Assembly: GCF_022045235.1 (NCBI RefSeq)
Contig: NW_027266275.1
Location: 34,410,001 to 34,474,000, forward strand
DNA from: Haliotis cracherodii
Taxonomy: Eukaryota
Length of the DNA stretch: 64,000 nucleotides
Direction: 5' to 3'
Part shown: positions 37,831 through 52,695 of the stretch, in pieces
How positions within the stretch are numbered: the stretch's first letter is position 1
Layout: the number at the start of each line of letters is the position of its first letter
The notes under the pieces: generated by a model
What the model saw: the letters and a program-made list of their open reading frames with translations, nothing else
What the model was told of the DNA's origin: nothing
Databases searched by the model: none
Position numbers and translations under genes: made by a program

Positions 37831-38724
37831 GTTATATTCTGAACCCAAACTACATGTATAAATCAAATTATGATGTCATTTCACAATACAACTGTTGCAA
37901 CCCTTACTTGAGGCCATCATAAATTAATTATTAGATTGTCAAAGCTACCAAGCAGCCCGCATCACATCATTGATTGTCCCCAAGTACCTACAGACGAAGA
38001 AAATGTTTGCCCTCTGTGTTTACGTGATGAAATACCCCATATGTGTAGCATGCCCCATGTGAATCTCGTCGACAGTTGATGTATACACAGATGACTTGAA
38101 CAGTTGCTTAAAAATTCAGGAAATATAAAAAATAAAATGAACCCCGCCTACTCAGTACTGTGGCCTGACGATACTCTGCTGTGCCATGTGCAAGACTCGT
38201 GTGAGGAAAAACTCATCATCATCATCATCATCATAATCATCATCCATGTTCAGGGAGCGATATGAGCCCTGTTCTCAGCATAGACTGTATAACAGATATA
38301 TGCACGTGTTCCAACAACAAATTCATAGATTACCATATTTTCTCCGACAAGTTTATGTCACGGACATCCGTGAACATCCGGGTTAGAATTGGTCTTCAGC
38401 AACCCATGCTTGTCGGGAGAGGCGACTAACGGGGTCGGGTGGTCAGGCTCGCTGACTTGGTTGATGCATGTCACCGTTTCCCAAATGATGTAGGCTGATG
38501 TTCAGAGATTAGAGGGGTGATGAATGAAAATGACGTTGGAAATAAACAAATAGAAATATTGAGAGTTTATTATTTAATTGCACTAGTTTAAGTGCCTCGA
38601 GAAAAGTCCATGGGTAAGTGAATGTAAAATAAATGCATTGTCAAATTATGTACTTTTATGTTTTTGTTTCTAGACATATAGTTTTTGTTTTTGTTTCGTG
38701 ATATCACTCCGATAGGCAGAGTGT

Positions 38725-38970
38725 GTGGGTGGCGCAAAGCCCCTTTAAACAGTATCCCAGTTATATCACGGCATGTCAGCTTGATGTGGGAGGAAAGCCC
38801 GGAGTGATGCAGATGGCTTACCACTTTGGTGAAACCCAAGAGCACGGATATGGTGATGATAAACCAAGAAACCCATCAGCGCGACCCGGAGTTCGAACGC
38901 AGTCCTAGGTTTCTGGCCCGCCTAAAGGAAGCAACTCTGCACACCAAATTGCGGCGCCCTAGACGATTGA
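38725..38970 (-). mobile_element. Family B SINE, diverged
   Basis: Reverse complement of the family B body and head. Confidence 0.7.
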
Positions 38971-40920
38971 AAGGGTGATCAACGAGGACGTTTTCAGAAA
39001 GCGGATACTTTCCGAACACACTTAAATGATCCTACATTACAAGAACGATTTGTTGAACCCCTTAGAAACACAAATACAATAATCCATACTTCGAGATAGG
39101 TTGTGAAATCTTCTAATGCCAAGGTCAAGGTCACAGCCAGGCAGCATATTTCTACCCATGCGGAACACGCATACCCAATAAGTGTTCATGCTATTCGTGA
39201 AGAGTTTCCAGGTATATGACAGCGGTCTCTAAATGGTCTAGTCTGGACCAGACAATACAGTGATTGATAGCATGAACATCGATCCACGCAATTGGGATAC
39301 GATGACATGCATCAACCAAGTCTACGCGCCTGACCACCCGATCCCGTCATTCGCCTCATACGACAAGCATATTCCCCTTTTACGGCAAGCATGGGATGCT
39401 GAAGACCTATTCTACGGTTATAAAGCCATATTGACCAGGTTCATGCTATCAACCACTGTTTCCTCCACCGAGACTCTTTAATTACAGGCTAATTACATCT
39501 AGCTGCGGCATAAAACAGCATTCACCCATGTTGGCATTAGTTGTGGGATCAACTTTCACGAATGTTGTCCAAATTCACATATTTGGCACATCTTCGTTTT
39601 TGATTCAAAACAAAACATTGCAGACTGGTGTATTATTAAAAATCAAATTGTATACAATTTCGACGCATTGTCAGAGAAAATTTAAATCCTTTCAAATGTT
39701 GCCGATTTGTGAATTAATTAAATTACTAAATGTATACTTGCATACTTGACTGCTCTTTTTATCAGCCACGTAATGTTTGACGCCTAAATGAAACAATCTT
39801 CTTCGACATAATATATGTCCGATAACTAACGCTAATCATCAGAATGACGCTGCCATTCTCGTCTCCTCATCCCATGCTAATTACGATCTGATGGATATCG
39901 ATAGAAATCCCAGTGTGTGTTGCTTGGGGGACAAGTCACGTCACTTTTAAAGGCGCTTCTACAGCCGTGACGGGACTTGGTCGCTGGGCAACCACAAAGT
40001 GGGTGTACACACATATGTGCCATGTTATGATGAATTGACGCTCTTGACATTAATCTCGTCTTTTCCGACAGCCCACCTCTCAAATATGCTGTTACACCCA
40101 TTATGAATTAGATATTAGCCCCGTGCTTGCCTGGCACATTTGGCTTGCTGTATGGTCGAACTGATGGCTGACTGATGGTTAAACTCAAGCCGTATGAATT
40201 CACATTCGTTGGACAGACTTGCCGCTCAGGCTCCAACTGTTAGCGGACGCGAGGCTGCATATATCGCCTGACTAAACAACCACGCCCCGTGTAAGCAAAC
40301 AAACTTTGCATCATGAATTTGCATGGCGTGTGCCGATCACAGCTTAGTGACATAAGTCGCTAGTCGACGCTGCACATATTAATAACCCAGATACATGGAC
40401 TCAATCGTTCGATGCGTCTCTTTTCAGTAAACACAGCACACGCTCTCGGCCGCGGGAGAACAGCACACGCTGTGAACTGTTCCCTTACTTCGTCACAACA
40501 GAGAGGGAAGTGATCTCAGCTGCGACGTGATTGGTCAGACTCGGAGCGGTATTCCCAACAGTTCGAGTTCACAGTCGGGGTATGGATTGAGGACCGTCTA
40601 CAGTACTTCACAACAGTCATTGGGGGTCAATGTTGACAATTTATGATCGTAATTTGGTGGGGTCCGGCTCTCGGTCGGACCCCCAAATACCTGCCGATCC
40701 ACCCACATGGATTACTGCACCAAGGAGGGAGCATAAACTACTTACAGTTTGACAATTCAAAAATATATATGCCGGCGTTCAAGTGGAATCGGTTCGGATA
40801 TATAGCGGGTAGTACACCCAGTGTTCTTGAATCCAAGACTGTTGGTGACGACCGCATGAACGCCTCCATCTACCGACCCGTGGGTCCACTACTGTAAACT
40901 TATTGTGTCGCCGTCTTGGT

Positions 40921-41007
40921 ATGGCCAAACTCTACCCTAGGGTTAAGACCGCGTCAGCTGTTCTAGAGCTACTCCTCCTTGTGTGTGTGATACTTATCAA
41001 CGCCAAA
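40921..41007 (+). CDS. Probable first coding exon (signal peptide) of an unidentified secreted or membrane protein
   Basis: ggtATGG start, MAKLYPRVKTASAVLELLLLVCVILINAK, then a perfect GTAAGT donor. Preceded by ~1 kb of repeat-free, CpG-rich sequence. No downstream exon identified. Confidence 0.55.
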
Positions 41008-41099
41008 GTAAGTAACGACCGGCCGGAATATGTCATAGCTTCTGAATCTCAAGTACGTGGATATACCTCTAAACATGTTTTGTGCACCAGCATACCGAG

Positions 41100-41375
41100 G
41101 ATTTACTTACAGGTTTGCCTCGACACCGGGTGTCTTTTATGTCAACCCGCTATAATTGCTGGTTTAGCTTGACACCTGGTGTCGCATTGTCTTTCAACCC
41201 CGCGATCATTTACAGGTTTATATTGACCGGGGATTCTTATTGTCTTTTAACCCTACATTTATTACAGGTTTGCATGGACACGGGGTGTCTTCTTGTCTTT
41301 AAACCGTGCTGTAATTACAGGTTATCTTAACACCGGGTGGCACATTGTCTCTCACCCCTGCGATTATTACCTGTA
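41100..41375. repeat. Degenerate ~50-bp tandem repeat
   Basis: tttacaggttt..gacaccgggtgtc..tgtctttcaaccc repeated about 5 times. Confidence 0.75.
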
Positions 41376-44274
41376 TGTGATATAGGAGTTAGTGAATACG
41401 CGATCCCTGATGTGATGCTACCTTCACGAATTTCCTCATAGCGTGCTAATGCTCGTGCTTTTATTGTAGTACAAAGACTCGCTGTAGTAAATGTTCATAT
41501 CGTCTATGGGAATTGAGCAACGCGAGCCGTGTATTTATAACTAAACTGCATGAATGAACTATAACAACTGTGTGGGCCATCATCACGTCTTACGCGGATC
41601 AGATAACATGCATATGACGTACAATCAGCATATTGACATCCTGTTTATTTGTCACTGGTAATAATTCCAAAATGTTATAATTAATTCAGAGTAGAGATTA
41701 TTATTATTATCGTTATTATTATTATAATTATTTCTGCATGTGTTATTAATATTAGCATTATTATTTAGCAATTCTGTTCATTTCAAATTCAAATGTGAAT
41801 TTTGAATTTTCTGAGTGTATTTGGTCCGCATTATGAATCACTAATATAAGGATAGTAATAACACTCCTGATGATGTTGATGATGATGGTAGCGATAACGA
41901 CAAAGGGTCACCGTCACATCTTATACTCAGTCGCTTACATACATGAATTGATCATATCCTCCTCTCTAAAAGTGCGCTGTGAATATGTCCGTCGTGAATA
42001 CCCTACACCTTATTCCCCAAATACTAACCCCTCCCCCCCCCCCCCCCCCCCTTCCCCTCCCCACACAGACACATCAACAGACACTTGATCCCTGTAGCTA
42101 GCAAATCATACCACAGTTCAAGCACAGGAATGATTGTACCTAAACGCCAATGTGTCCCAATGATCACTTTTGTCAGCGTCTGCCCTTGAAGTATGAGCCT
42201 GTTCGTGGACCTCGGACGCCTGGTACCGTTGTCCACCACGTGCTGCTGGGGCGCAGGGTCTAAGATGTCGGATCCCACAGTGAAGAGTACCGACAACTTA
42301 TACACTTATGTATCATAATGCTGCGGAATATAACGATTGTTTATGTGTGTTAATAGGACGCATACGTCCCTCTTCTTTGTTGGTTGGATTCGTCAGAACA
42401 GTTCTATCGCAAGGAACTGGAGACTGGCCTTCATTGATGCGGAGTGCTTACTCGAGGTTTTTTTGTACATTCTACAAGTTTCAACTTACGCAGAGAGGGA
42501 GTGGTGTGCGTACTCGAGTTACACACCAGCTCTCAGCGTTTTTATCCCTGGCTGTGCTAGACAGAATGTTGATGGCTGGTAACAATATAAGCAGTATCGA
42601 CCGAGGAAGTGTGAAGCCCGAACGGCCACGACCTTGTCCGCAATGGCTGAAGCCACGGAGAGAGGGTGTGGTCGCTTCCCAACAAAACATCCTGCGATGA
42701 AAAAGCATTACCGCTAGATCGAGCTGTCATATCCGGCGAAATGGCTTATATCGTCTGCTTCACACAAACATACGTGTAATGCGAGCCGTCTGCCTCTATA
42801 CAAGAAGTCCTGCCTCTCAATCCCCCCCCCCCCCCCCCCCCCTCCGCACCATGTCCAGCTTGTGTTCCGCTAATGACCCAACCCCATGCACCAGTGGGTA
42901 TTTAAACGTCACGCCCCTTTCAACTCCCGAAACCTCTGACCTCCATCCGTTATTTTCTGATTGACCCATATGTATATAAACTTTTAAAAAGTTCTATCAC
43001 GGCACATGTATCCATGTTTATTTTGAAAACAGTCGAGCGCGAGAAAGATTCCCATGCTTGTGAAATGGCAGACACATTTCGTTTCACACAGCATAACGAC
43101 TTTAGCGTGATGCTCGCTCCTCACCGTTCATAACGGTTTATATTCATAGCTACAAAGGCTGCTTTTGCACTGGGAAAGCTTTGAGGCCGCTGTGGCCAAA
43201 TCTGTGGCTACGCGAATATTTTAACGCACGTATCTAGAGTATGTGGGTGTGGCCGTGAAACAATACAGACTGCCACTCGCCGCAACTATTAATAGGAGCT
43301 AGTTATTAATCGGGCTGTGTAACGCTTAACGGAGAAGTATGCGACTAAGCGGAAAGGAGTTATGCCATGTAAATTGCTCGCTACAGTGGCCGAGAGGTCA
43401 CAACACCACTTCTTTTCAACATTTTTAGCATATTTATTAATATTTCCTATTCACATCAATTGATAACCCACACATAAGATAACGTCTTTTCCCATTAGAT
43501 TATCGGGGTGCATATTCAACGTACTTTTAGATAAGGACAACGCAGTAAACTACGGCTCACATCCCTAAAACCGAAATTTCAATTCTCTAGATAACCGTAT
43601 ATTGAATATCTGGATATTGGCGATATTTTGATTTAAGTCATCCGGTGCTATAATGATGTAAGTATCTTTCAAGAATTAATAACAAGATGGAAACCGTCAA
43701 GACTTAATCACAGGCAATATTTATAATGGACCCACGATTGTCTACATGATGATGTTATTTGTATAAAAACACATACCATGTCTTTTCTGAATAGATGTAT
43801 TCATATTACTTTTTGAAGAAGAGAATTCAACATCGTAAAATCTTTTTATTTAAAAACAATTGCTATAAGGCGGACATAATGATTCAGCAGTAATTCAGTA
43901 ATGAAAACACGTATTAAAGCCTGCTGTATATCAATAAAACACCGTGGAGATGTATTGTTAAGCTATTGTTAACTTGTCATTGAAATTGCATGTTTTACCC
44001 CGTTTTTGTATCTGGCCAATAGTCAAATGGTGATCGTTTATTATTATTGCTACAGGTATGTTTGAAAACTAAACAAACTTAGTTTGAAAAACACTGTAAG
44101 ACCAGAATAAATGTATTAGATTTTAACCCCCGCCCGCCTCACAACCAAACATCCCGCTCCATAATTTGTTCGTCCCCCAGTACATACAAGAAATATCGCT
44201 GTGTATTTTCCTTCGTTCTTTACTTGAAGAAATACACGCAGTCCCAACAAACATGAATGTTTCATGTGAATCAC

Positions 44275-44536
44275 GACCGGTAAAGATCCGCGAGGTAGAC
44301 TAGGTCTTCAGCAACCCATGCTTGCCGTAAGAGGCGACTATGCTTGTCGTAAGAGGCGACTAACGGGATCGGGTGGTAAGGCTCACTAACTTGGTTTGAT
44401 GCATCGTATCACAATTGCGTGGATCGATGCTCATGATGTCAATCACTGGATTGTCGGTCCAGACTTGATTATTTACAGACCGCCGTCATATAGCTGGAAT
44501 ATTGCTGAGCGCGGCGTTAAACAACAAACAAACAAC
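44275..44536 (+). mobile_element. Full-length family A SINE
   Basis: GACC head, duplicated 22-bp tgcttg.cgtaagaggcgacta module, AAAC tail, degenerate TSD. Confidence 0.85.
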
Positions 44537-47500
44537 TTATGTAACTCACATCCGTAAGACAGTTAATGTGCCCAAACCCCTTGAACAGTTTGTTCAAAGA
44601 ATATATAACATGCCTCCCGACTGACTTTTTTAAAACAACTGGATGCAAATGTGATAATTAATTTATTAAGCGGCGTAACACCGCACTCACCGAAGTTAAA
44701 CGTCTTTGATCTTACTGATGGCAAACAGTTCTTGTGTAATAATACAATGCTTTAAGTACACGGTACTAATAATATCCCCCACCTGAGACGTTTTTTTAAT
44801 ACGAAAAATGTTAATTCTAAAATCAATTCTCTTTGTTTCAACACTTTGTTTTATTGAATGTGTAAAGTTTACTTTGAGATGAAGGTAACGGTACTTAAGG
44901 TGTGTTCCTTTGGGGTTACTTTTTGTGATGCTTTGAGGCGAAACGTTTTAAAAATATTCAACTCATGTTTTTGGGGTTTTTTTTGTAATAAAGATAACAG
45001 AGTTTAGGTTTACAAGATGAGTAGGGTGAGATTGACATGTGAATATACAACCTTTCTGGTTCCTAACATGCAGCTTGGCGTGTATACTCCCCAGGGATCG
45101 GAGAATACAAATTCACTGATCGTGGACCGGATGAGAATTGTACGCGATATGAGTACGCGGGAACTAAAACTTTACAAACGTAACCGTTTTCTTCTTCTTA
45201 AAAACAACAATAAATAATAATGATGATGATGATCGTGATTATTATTATTATTATTATCATTATTATTATTATTATTATTATTATTTATTATTCGTGACTC
45301 TGGGCTTGTCCACGGTGAAACAAAGTGGGTCGGTTACCCCAGACCCGATGGACTTGATACCCCGGATAATCGTGTCACAATTGAAATCCTTCACCGGATT
45401 TTCATAATTGAAGCCAATAGCATGTCCGCGTATTTATCCATTATTAATTAGCCGGTGTCGTGTTCTAGCGTCGGTGGCACAGGCATGACCATGCCATGCA
45501 CTCAGTTGCCTTACTTGTCAAAATGCATTGTGTTCCCGAAACATACGCCCGTAATTATACTCTCGGCAGACAAAAGTCGATCGTGCGTCCTGTGTTCAAT
45601 GCACACAATCTTTTTGATCGAGTTGTGATTAAATGGGTCTATTTCAGCCAATCGATGATCGATAGGTTAGCGATTAAGGAAATACAAATATGCGTATACA
45701 TAAGATTGTTTTGTTTATGTTTGTTTGTATTTCGAGCAGGATTAAATGTTTGGTGTAGAACAAGGCTTAGGTTAAATGGCGTAGTATCATAAGCACAGAT
45801 TGGACTATATAGTTTATGATAGTAGAAATAGGTTGATTTTTATCAAAAGGTTCGGTGGCACCATGGGGTATGCGTTCGCTCATCGCGCACATGGTCTTGG
45901 TTTGAATCCTTAGATTTATTTGTCAGATGGTTTTTGCGTGACATCTGGTTGCGTCTTGAAACTTGATTCAGTTGATGAACAGGTGACCACTGATACCAAG
46001 TATGAAACCATACACATTGTTACTAATGCACTCCACATAATGACCGCCACTTAAACTGACACCCTTGAATAGCCCTCTTAAACCGACACCCTTGAATAAC
46101 CCTCTTAAACTGACACCCTTGAATAACTCTCTTAATTTGTCACCTTGGAATAACACTCTGACGTCATGTTCATCATACCCAGATGACGAATTAAATCGTT
46201 AATATAATCCCAAAGTCAGAGAAAGATCGTCGTGATGTAGCTGGGATATTGGCTACGGCGTTAATCAACACTCACTCACTCAGAGTATGGAGGGCGAATG
46301 TTTAAAATGGAATCATTGACGGTTTTCAAAAAGATATTTCTTGTTAATTGTTACGCAGTGCTCAATGTTAAGATATCTTTTGTCAGTGTTAATATATTTT
46401 ATTTAAATATGTGGGTTTATCGCCATCTGCTAAGTCTGAGCACAAACGTTATTTTAGCCAACACAATCTTACCAGGCAAGGTAGGTAATTAAGTAGTTAA
46501 AAATAGTAACCTGTTCCTAATTAGAAAATCACGTTTTAAAAAAAGAAAAGAAAAAAAGATGAAGAGATTCCCAAAGAGCTAACTGATTTGTCCTGGTGTT
46601 GCTGAATTCTGTCTGTGAAAGATTATATATGAAATACCGGTACTACTAAATGTAGGTACTACTAAACAACTCAATGTTGCGGCCGGTGTGTAGACGTAGG
46701 TCTTCTACAGATCTGTTCAGGTTCTCGGTGTCTTCTCATTTTATCAGCAGCTCATTTCTCCTTCAGCTCATGTTGACTACGGCTCATTTTCTTAGCGTCT
46801 TATTTTGTCTAAAACTCGTTTTGTCAACGGCTCATTTTGCCTACAGCTCTGTTGCAAACATGTCATTTGGTCTAAAATTCATTTCGTCTACAATTTCGTC
46901 AACAATTTATTTTTAAAAATTCTGTCAACAGCTCAATTTGTCTAAAACTCGTTTTTGTCAAAAAGTGAATCAAATACCAGTGAATCAATAAAACATAAAT
47001 AAAACGAAAATAAAAAGCTGTAGCAGCGGAGAAATCTGGTCAGTTCGTTACTTGAATGTCATCATCTTAATGGCTGTGAACATGTCTTAAAGGGAGGCTA
47101 CACTCCACGGCACCATGCCCCTTCCCAGTCTAGGTTTGTACGTTGTATATGTGTCATGTTACATTGAAACTTGTCCCTCTTCTGTAAGTGATACAGTCAT
47201 TGTAAGACTGCTCTATGTCATTATACTTGAGTAACCAGACTGAGAAGGGCGATCTTTGCGACTTGACTCTAAATTGCCAGATCTGCCAAATGACCAGGGC
47301 AAGGCCCCCTTTAAGATGAGAACAGTCAACTCCGCTGATCAGATGCAGTTTGAACGACGAGCAGGGTGAATCCTAGTCCTGCACCATGACCGTGGAATAT
47401 ATTTATTTTATGAAAAAAAAATAATCTAGAAATGCATACAAAAGCAAGTCTAGCCAGCTCAAGCTAGCTCTATTCCACATGATTCTGAAATCAGCATAGG

Positions 47501-48214
47501 GAATTTTTTTATTTTTAGAGTCAAGAAGGATATTGTGTAATATAAGATTTCAGAGACTAAATGTTAGTCTAGGTGAATCCCTGACTGTGTATATAAAGCC
47601 GCACTATTCTGTGGTATATCAGTGTGACGTACAATCGTTAACTGTTTCAAACTGAATAAAGTATGTGAGAAGACATGAGAAAACATGAGAAGACCCATAT
47701 GGTTATCACAGCTGCTTCGCGGAGGCCTTTAGAGCATTGTACGATGACACATAGTCCACTAGGTCACACTTTCTAACCAGCCGATCCTCATTTTCACTCA
47801 GAGGAATCAAACGTTACAATTCTTAACATGGCCATTCATTTCTTTGACCCGCTTCCATCACTGATTTCAGTGGTCCATTCATATAATATTCACTACTCTT
47901 TTGCTTTTTAAGGCCAATGGAGTTTCTTTCGACCGATTATTCTCTGGTGTTTACGTTTTATTGTTCCACATATTTGAGAAGAGTGTTTGTTTTTTTGTTG
48001 TTTAACGCTGTTTAAATAATCGAGCTTCGACCTACGCATTTGGGATACGATGACATGAAGTCAGTCAAGTCATTAAGCCTGGCCACCTGATCCATTAAGT
48101 CGTCTCGTACGGCAAGAGATTGCGAGGATCTGTATTCTTTCAGTTGTTTTACGCCGCAGTCAGTAATACATCTTAGAAGAGGTTTCTCAGATAATTCTTT
48201 TGTGTCATCTCAGA

Positions 48215-48815
48215 TAGTCCTTCGGTGCCTTCTCTCCATAATCCATCAGTACCTTCTCTTCATAATCCGTCGGTGCCTTCTCTTCATAATCCTTTGGTGC
48301 CTTCTCTCCACAATCCTTCAGTACCTTCTCCCCATAATCCTTTGGTGTTTTCTCTATAATCCTTTGGTACTTTCTCTCCATAGTCCTTCGGTGCCTTCTC
48401 TACATAATCCATCAATACATTCTCTCCACAATCCTTCGGTGCCTTCTCTCCACAATCCTTCGGTGCCTTCTCTCCATAATCCTACGGTGCCTTCTCTCCA
48501 TAATCCTTCGGTGCCTTTTCGCCATAATCATTCAGTGCTTTCTCTCCATAATCCTTCGGTGCCTTCTCTCCACAATCCTTCGGTGCCTTCTCTCCATAAT
48601 CATTCAGTGCTTTCTCTCCATAATCCTTCGGTGCCTTCTCTCCACAATCCTTCGATGCCTTCTCTCCATAATCATTCCATGCCTTCTCTCCATAATCCTT
48701 CGGTGCCTTCTCTCCACAATCCTTCGGTGCCTTCTCTCCATAATCATTCCGTGCCTTCTCTCCATAATCCTTTGGTGCCTTCTGTACATGATCTCTCTGT
48801 GCCTTCTCTCCAAAT
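48215..48815. repeat. 24-bp minisatellite (ccttctctccataatccttcggtg)n
   Basis: About 25 tandem units. Confidence 0.95.
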
Positions 48816-50280
48816 CTCCCTGGGCATTCTCTGCTTTTATAACCCAAATACAATTTGTATTAAATACTGAAAGGTCATAATTCCTTTCCTTCCATCTGGT
48901 ATTTTGAAATTTTTTATTAACTCTACTGTATTGTTTGACATGTAAATATCTGTCATTTTTTAAAAGTCCTTTAGTCAAGCATATAGACAAGAAACACGAG
49001 GCCTCAGCAACCAGTACACTCATCAACTATAGGGCGTGTCTCTGATGGGATGGGGGGTGGGGGGGGGGGGGGGGGGGGGTGGGGGTGGGGTATCGTACCT
49101 CTTGACATCCCTACAGCACTAATGGATAAAGCACATTTGCGTATATTTAAAAAAACGGTATATAATTATCAGCTTAGTTTCAGGTCCATTCGTCCATGTA
49201 TGTGTTTTCAAATTTTCAAAATCGAAAATTCATATGGGATTTACAATTTGTAATTTGATCCAATGATGCTAAAACCAGCCAACAGGCGCCCATGGCTTTG
49301 TTTCTTATGCTATATATCCACCTTTGACAGAACCCGTGTTTTCCTGTAATGTTTCAACCCAGATTCAAATGCAGAACTGTATCTCATTTCAATGTGAACA
49401 TATTTGAGTTATTTTCTTAGCTTTAAATTGCTTTCAACTGCTCCGCCAGCTCAAAACGGTTCATTGGTGTCCGGGGCCTGTTTGCGCTGCCATTTGTGGT
49501 CGGGGTTTCAATGACGTCAAACAACCATCAAACGCAACGGGAGTGCACAAACAATACATACGATTGTTTAGGTGGTTGATGAAGCCCTTCACATTTCTAG
49601 CAAAGGCAAACGTATTTGTAGACGTGCATTCCACTGTTTTTTGTAAAAGAAATTACGTATTTTTATGTAGTGGCTTATGGTTTATCCGTACAATGGTTTA
49701 GCTATTGCGTATATATCACAACTACGTGAAGTATGGTGAAATGGGCTTAAGCGTCGCGTTCAAGATTGTTGCATTTACATACCTACGTCCACACAATTGG
49801 AATCGATGACATGCATTAACCAAGTCAGCGAGCTTGACCACCCGATCGCCTTAGTCGCCTCATACGGCAAGCATAGTCGCCTTTGACGGCAAGCATGGGT
49901 TGCTGAAGACCTATTCTACCCCGGATCTTCATTGTGTGACGTCAGTGCGCCAACTGCGTTATACGAAAAGGTTGTACTTTAATGATTTAACTTCTAACTT
50001 TATATTTTTTTATGCTTATAAGTTATGGAAATATGTATGCACGATGTAAATATGTATTCATAAAAAAGTAGCTGCATGACATTGTGATCCGGCCAACGGA
50101 TCGAACTACCGACCTTCCGCTCTCAACTTTTGGTGCGTCAGCACTATATCCGTGGCTTTCACAATTACTTTCGTCAAGACCCTTGGAGATTAGGGTAGAA
50201 AAGGTCTTTCCCCGATTAAACGCCCGGGCGTATATTTCTTTCAGACACTCTTTACTCCCGACGTTCAATCGCAAAGATAG

Positions 50281-50542
50281 TAGATCCGTGAAGATAGAAT
50301 AGGTCTTCAGCAACCCATGCTTGCCGTAAAGGCGACTATGCTTGTCGTAAGAGGCGACTAACGGCATCGGTTGGTCAGGCTCGCTGACTTGGATGATGCA
50401 TGTCATCGTATCCAATTACGTATATCGATGCACATGGTGTAAATCACTGGATTGTCTATCCCAGACTCGATTATTTACAGAACCCCATCATATAGCTGGA
50501 ATATTGCTGAATGCGTCGTGAAACAACAAACCAATCAACCAA
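50281..50542 (+). mobile_element. Family A SINE preceded by a MITE fragment
   Basis: The same MITE-to-SINE junction appears at 58585-58700. Confidence 0.8.
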
Positions 50543-52000
50543 CTTTCGTCAAGCGTTGACTATGCCTCGTGTCGTCACTGTGGGAAGCGCCATTGTACCC
50601 AAAATAACTTACTGGCTTGGTGTATATAGTGTCCACATTGTTCAATAGTGTGCTCACAAAGATGGACAGTTTACTCTCACGACAAAGTCAAATAGTTACC
50701 GAACGCTGTATCAAGACGCTAATATCGATTTCAGCTTGCAGTTATTTACAAAAGGTTCCTATAATTGATCTGTGTACGGGAAGTATGACGTACTATGAAA
50801 CTTGCCGATACAAAGATTGACACGTTTTAGCGGTCTTTATATCACTGTGACAATGTTCTTGATGGTTAATAGCATAACGCTTCTTTGGTATTGGTCCGGT
50901 TAATGGAGAAAGGTACGTTTTTTTCCGTATAGAAGGATGAGAATGATTATAATGCCAGCACGAACACAACTGAGCAGTTCTTTGACCGAGCTCTACAATT
51001 CCAAGAAGCCAACGGGTTTGTTCCTGTACAATTTCGAAATTATGGTCGATTTCTCTGTAATGTTCCCATGGTCATGTGAGATGTAACATTTACCGACGTG
51101 AGACAGACTGACTGTTTTCTTTAGTCAGTGTTCGGTGTACGTTCTTGGTCGATACTTCCAATCCATGACGTCATAAGATTTCTTTGCCATAAATACTCAG
51201 TTCTTAATCTATCTCTTTTGTTTATAAATCTTTAAATGGCTCTCCCGTATTAGGCGACTATGCTTGTCGTAAGAGGCGACAAACTGGAACTGGTGGTCAG
51301 GCTCGCTGACTTGGTTGATGCATGTCACCGTATCCCAATTGCCTAGTTGGATGCTCATGATGTAAATCACTTGGTTGTCTGGACCAGACTTGATAATTTA
51401 CAGACCGTCGTCATATAGCTGGAATATTGCTGTGTGCGGCGTTAAACGACAAACAACAACAACATTAAATAGCTGAATATATATGAACTATTTGCGTCAT
51501 TGTGAACCCGTGAAGATCCGGGGTAGAATAGTTCTTCAGCAACTCATACTTGCCGTATTTGGCGACTAAGCTTGTCGTAAGAGACGACTAACGGCATCGG
51601 GTGGTCAGGCTCGCTGACTTGGTTGATGCCTGTCATCGATCCCAATTGCGTGGATCGATGCTCATGATATCAATCACTGGACATAGTTGCCGTGGGAATA
51701 TTCTTTGGACATTTGTTGTTTAAGGTTGAATCTCAATACAATATGTCACGTTAAACATAACAACAGCAGGTCTAAGACGCAGCTTTTCGCAGTTACGTCC
51801 CTTTGTCGTGTCAGAATCCGTTGATCGTGGGTTGAAATCCCAAATAAGATCTGGTTATGATTCAGGGTATGACAGATCCTTACCAGTGCTCACCCCCCCC
51901 CCCCCCCCCCCCCCCCCAATAGATAAATAAAATAATTAATTAAAAAATAAATAAATAAAAAAATAAATAAATATAATAAAAAGAATAATAATGATAATTT

Positions 52001-52017
52001 AATAATTTTTAATAATT

Positions 52018-52081
<64 letters not shown>

Positions 52082-52098
52082 AATTATTAAAAATTATT
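52001..52098. repeat. AT-rich palindrome centred on (AT)n
   Basis: aataatttttaataattaaca...(AT)n...tgttaattattaaaaattatt. Confidence 0.9.
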
Positions 52099-52695
52099 AT
52101 CTATCCATCTATATATATATACATAAATATATATATATATATAAACAAAAATCAAACAAAACAAAAACAACAAACAAACGCCCATACTAACACACACAGC
52201 AGACTAGCCGTCATTTGACTTTGGTACTGTTCAAAACAGCAATACACCAATTCGCTTACCCACTTACATGTTGAGAGAAATCGTACAGGGTGTGGTTGCA
52301 CAGCTGTCACTGCCGAAGCCGTTTAACAAAACATACAGATGTTGCCAGTGTGTTTCATCCCCAGGGGATGGTGCGTTGTTACACTGTAACAATAGGGCTG
52401 GATTGCCCCACGTTTGAACGTAAAACATGACAAGATATTCCACAAAGGCTATTTCAGTGTGCGAGTAATTCGTCAAGCATTCCGGGAGATGTGTCACTTT
52501 TAATGACATATTTATGTCAAAAGGTTGACACTGCCTCTGTTTTAAAGATGACAGATGTATGACGTCATTAACGTTATAGATGTTCAGCCCATGTTCGAGG
52601 CGATGTACAGAAGTAGAAAAGTTGGAAGGTATTTCTTAGTAGGATGAAGTTAAACTTTTCAATTAACAAAGTTGACTTTTTTATTACTTCTATGA

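Noticed and set aside
48202-49026. ORFs with (PSVPSLHN)n or (KAPKDYGE)n repeats
   Set aside because: A 24-bp minisatellite is open in several frames by construction; no splice or start context.
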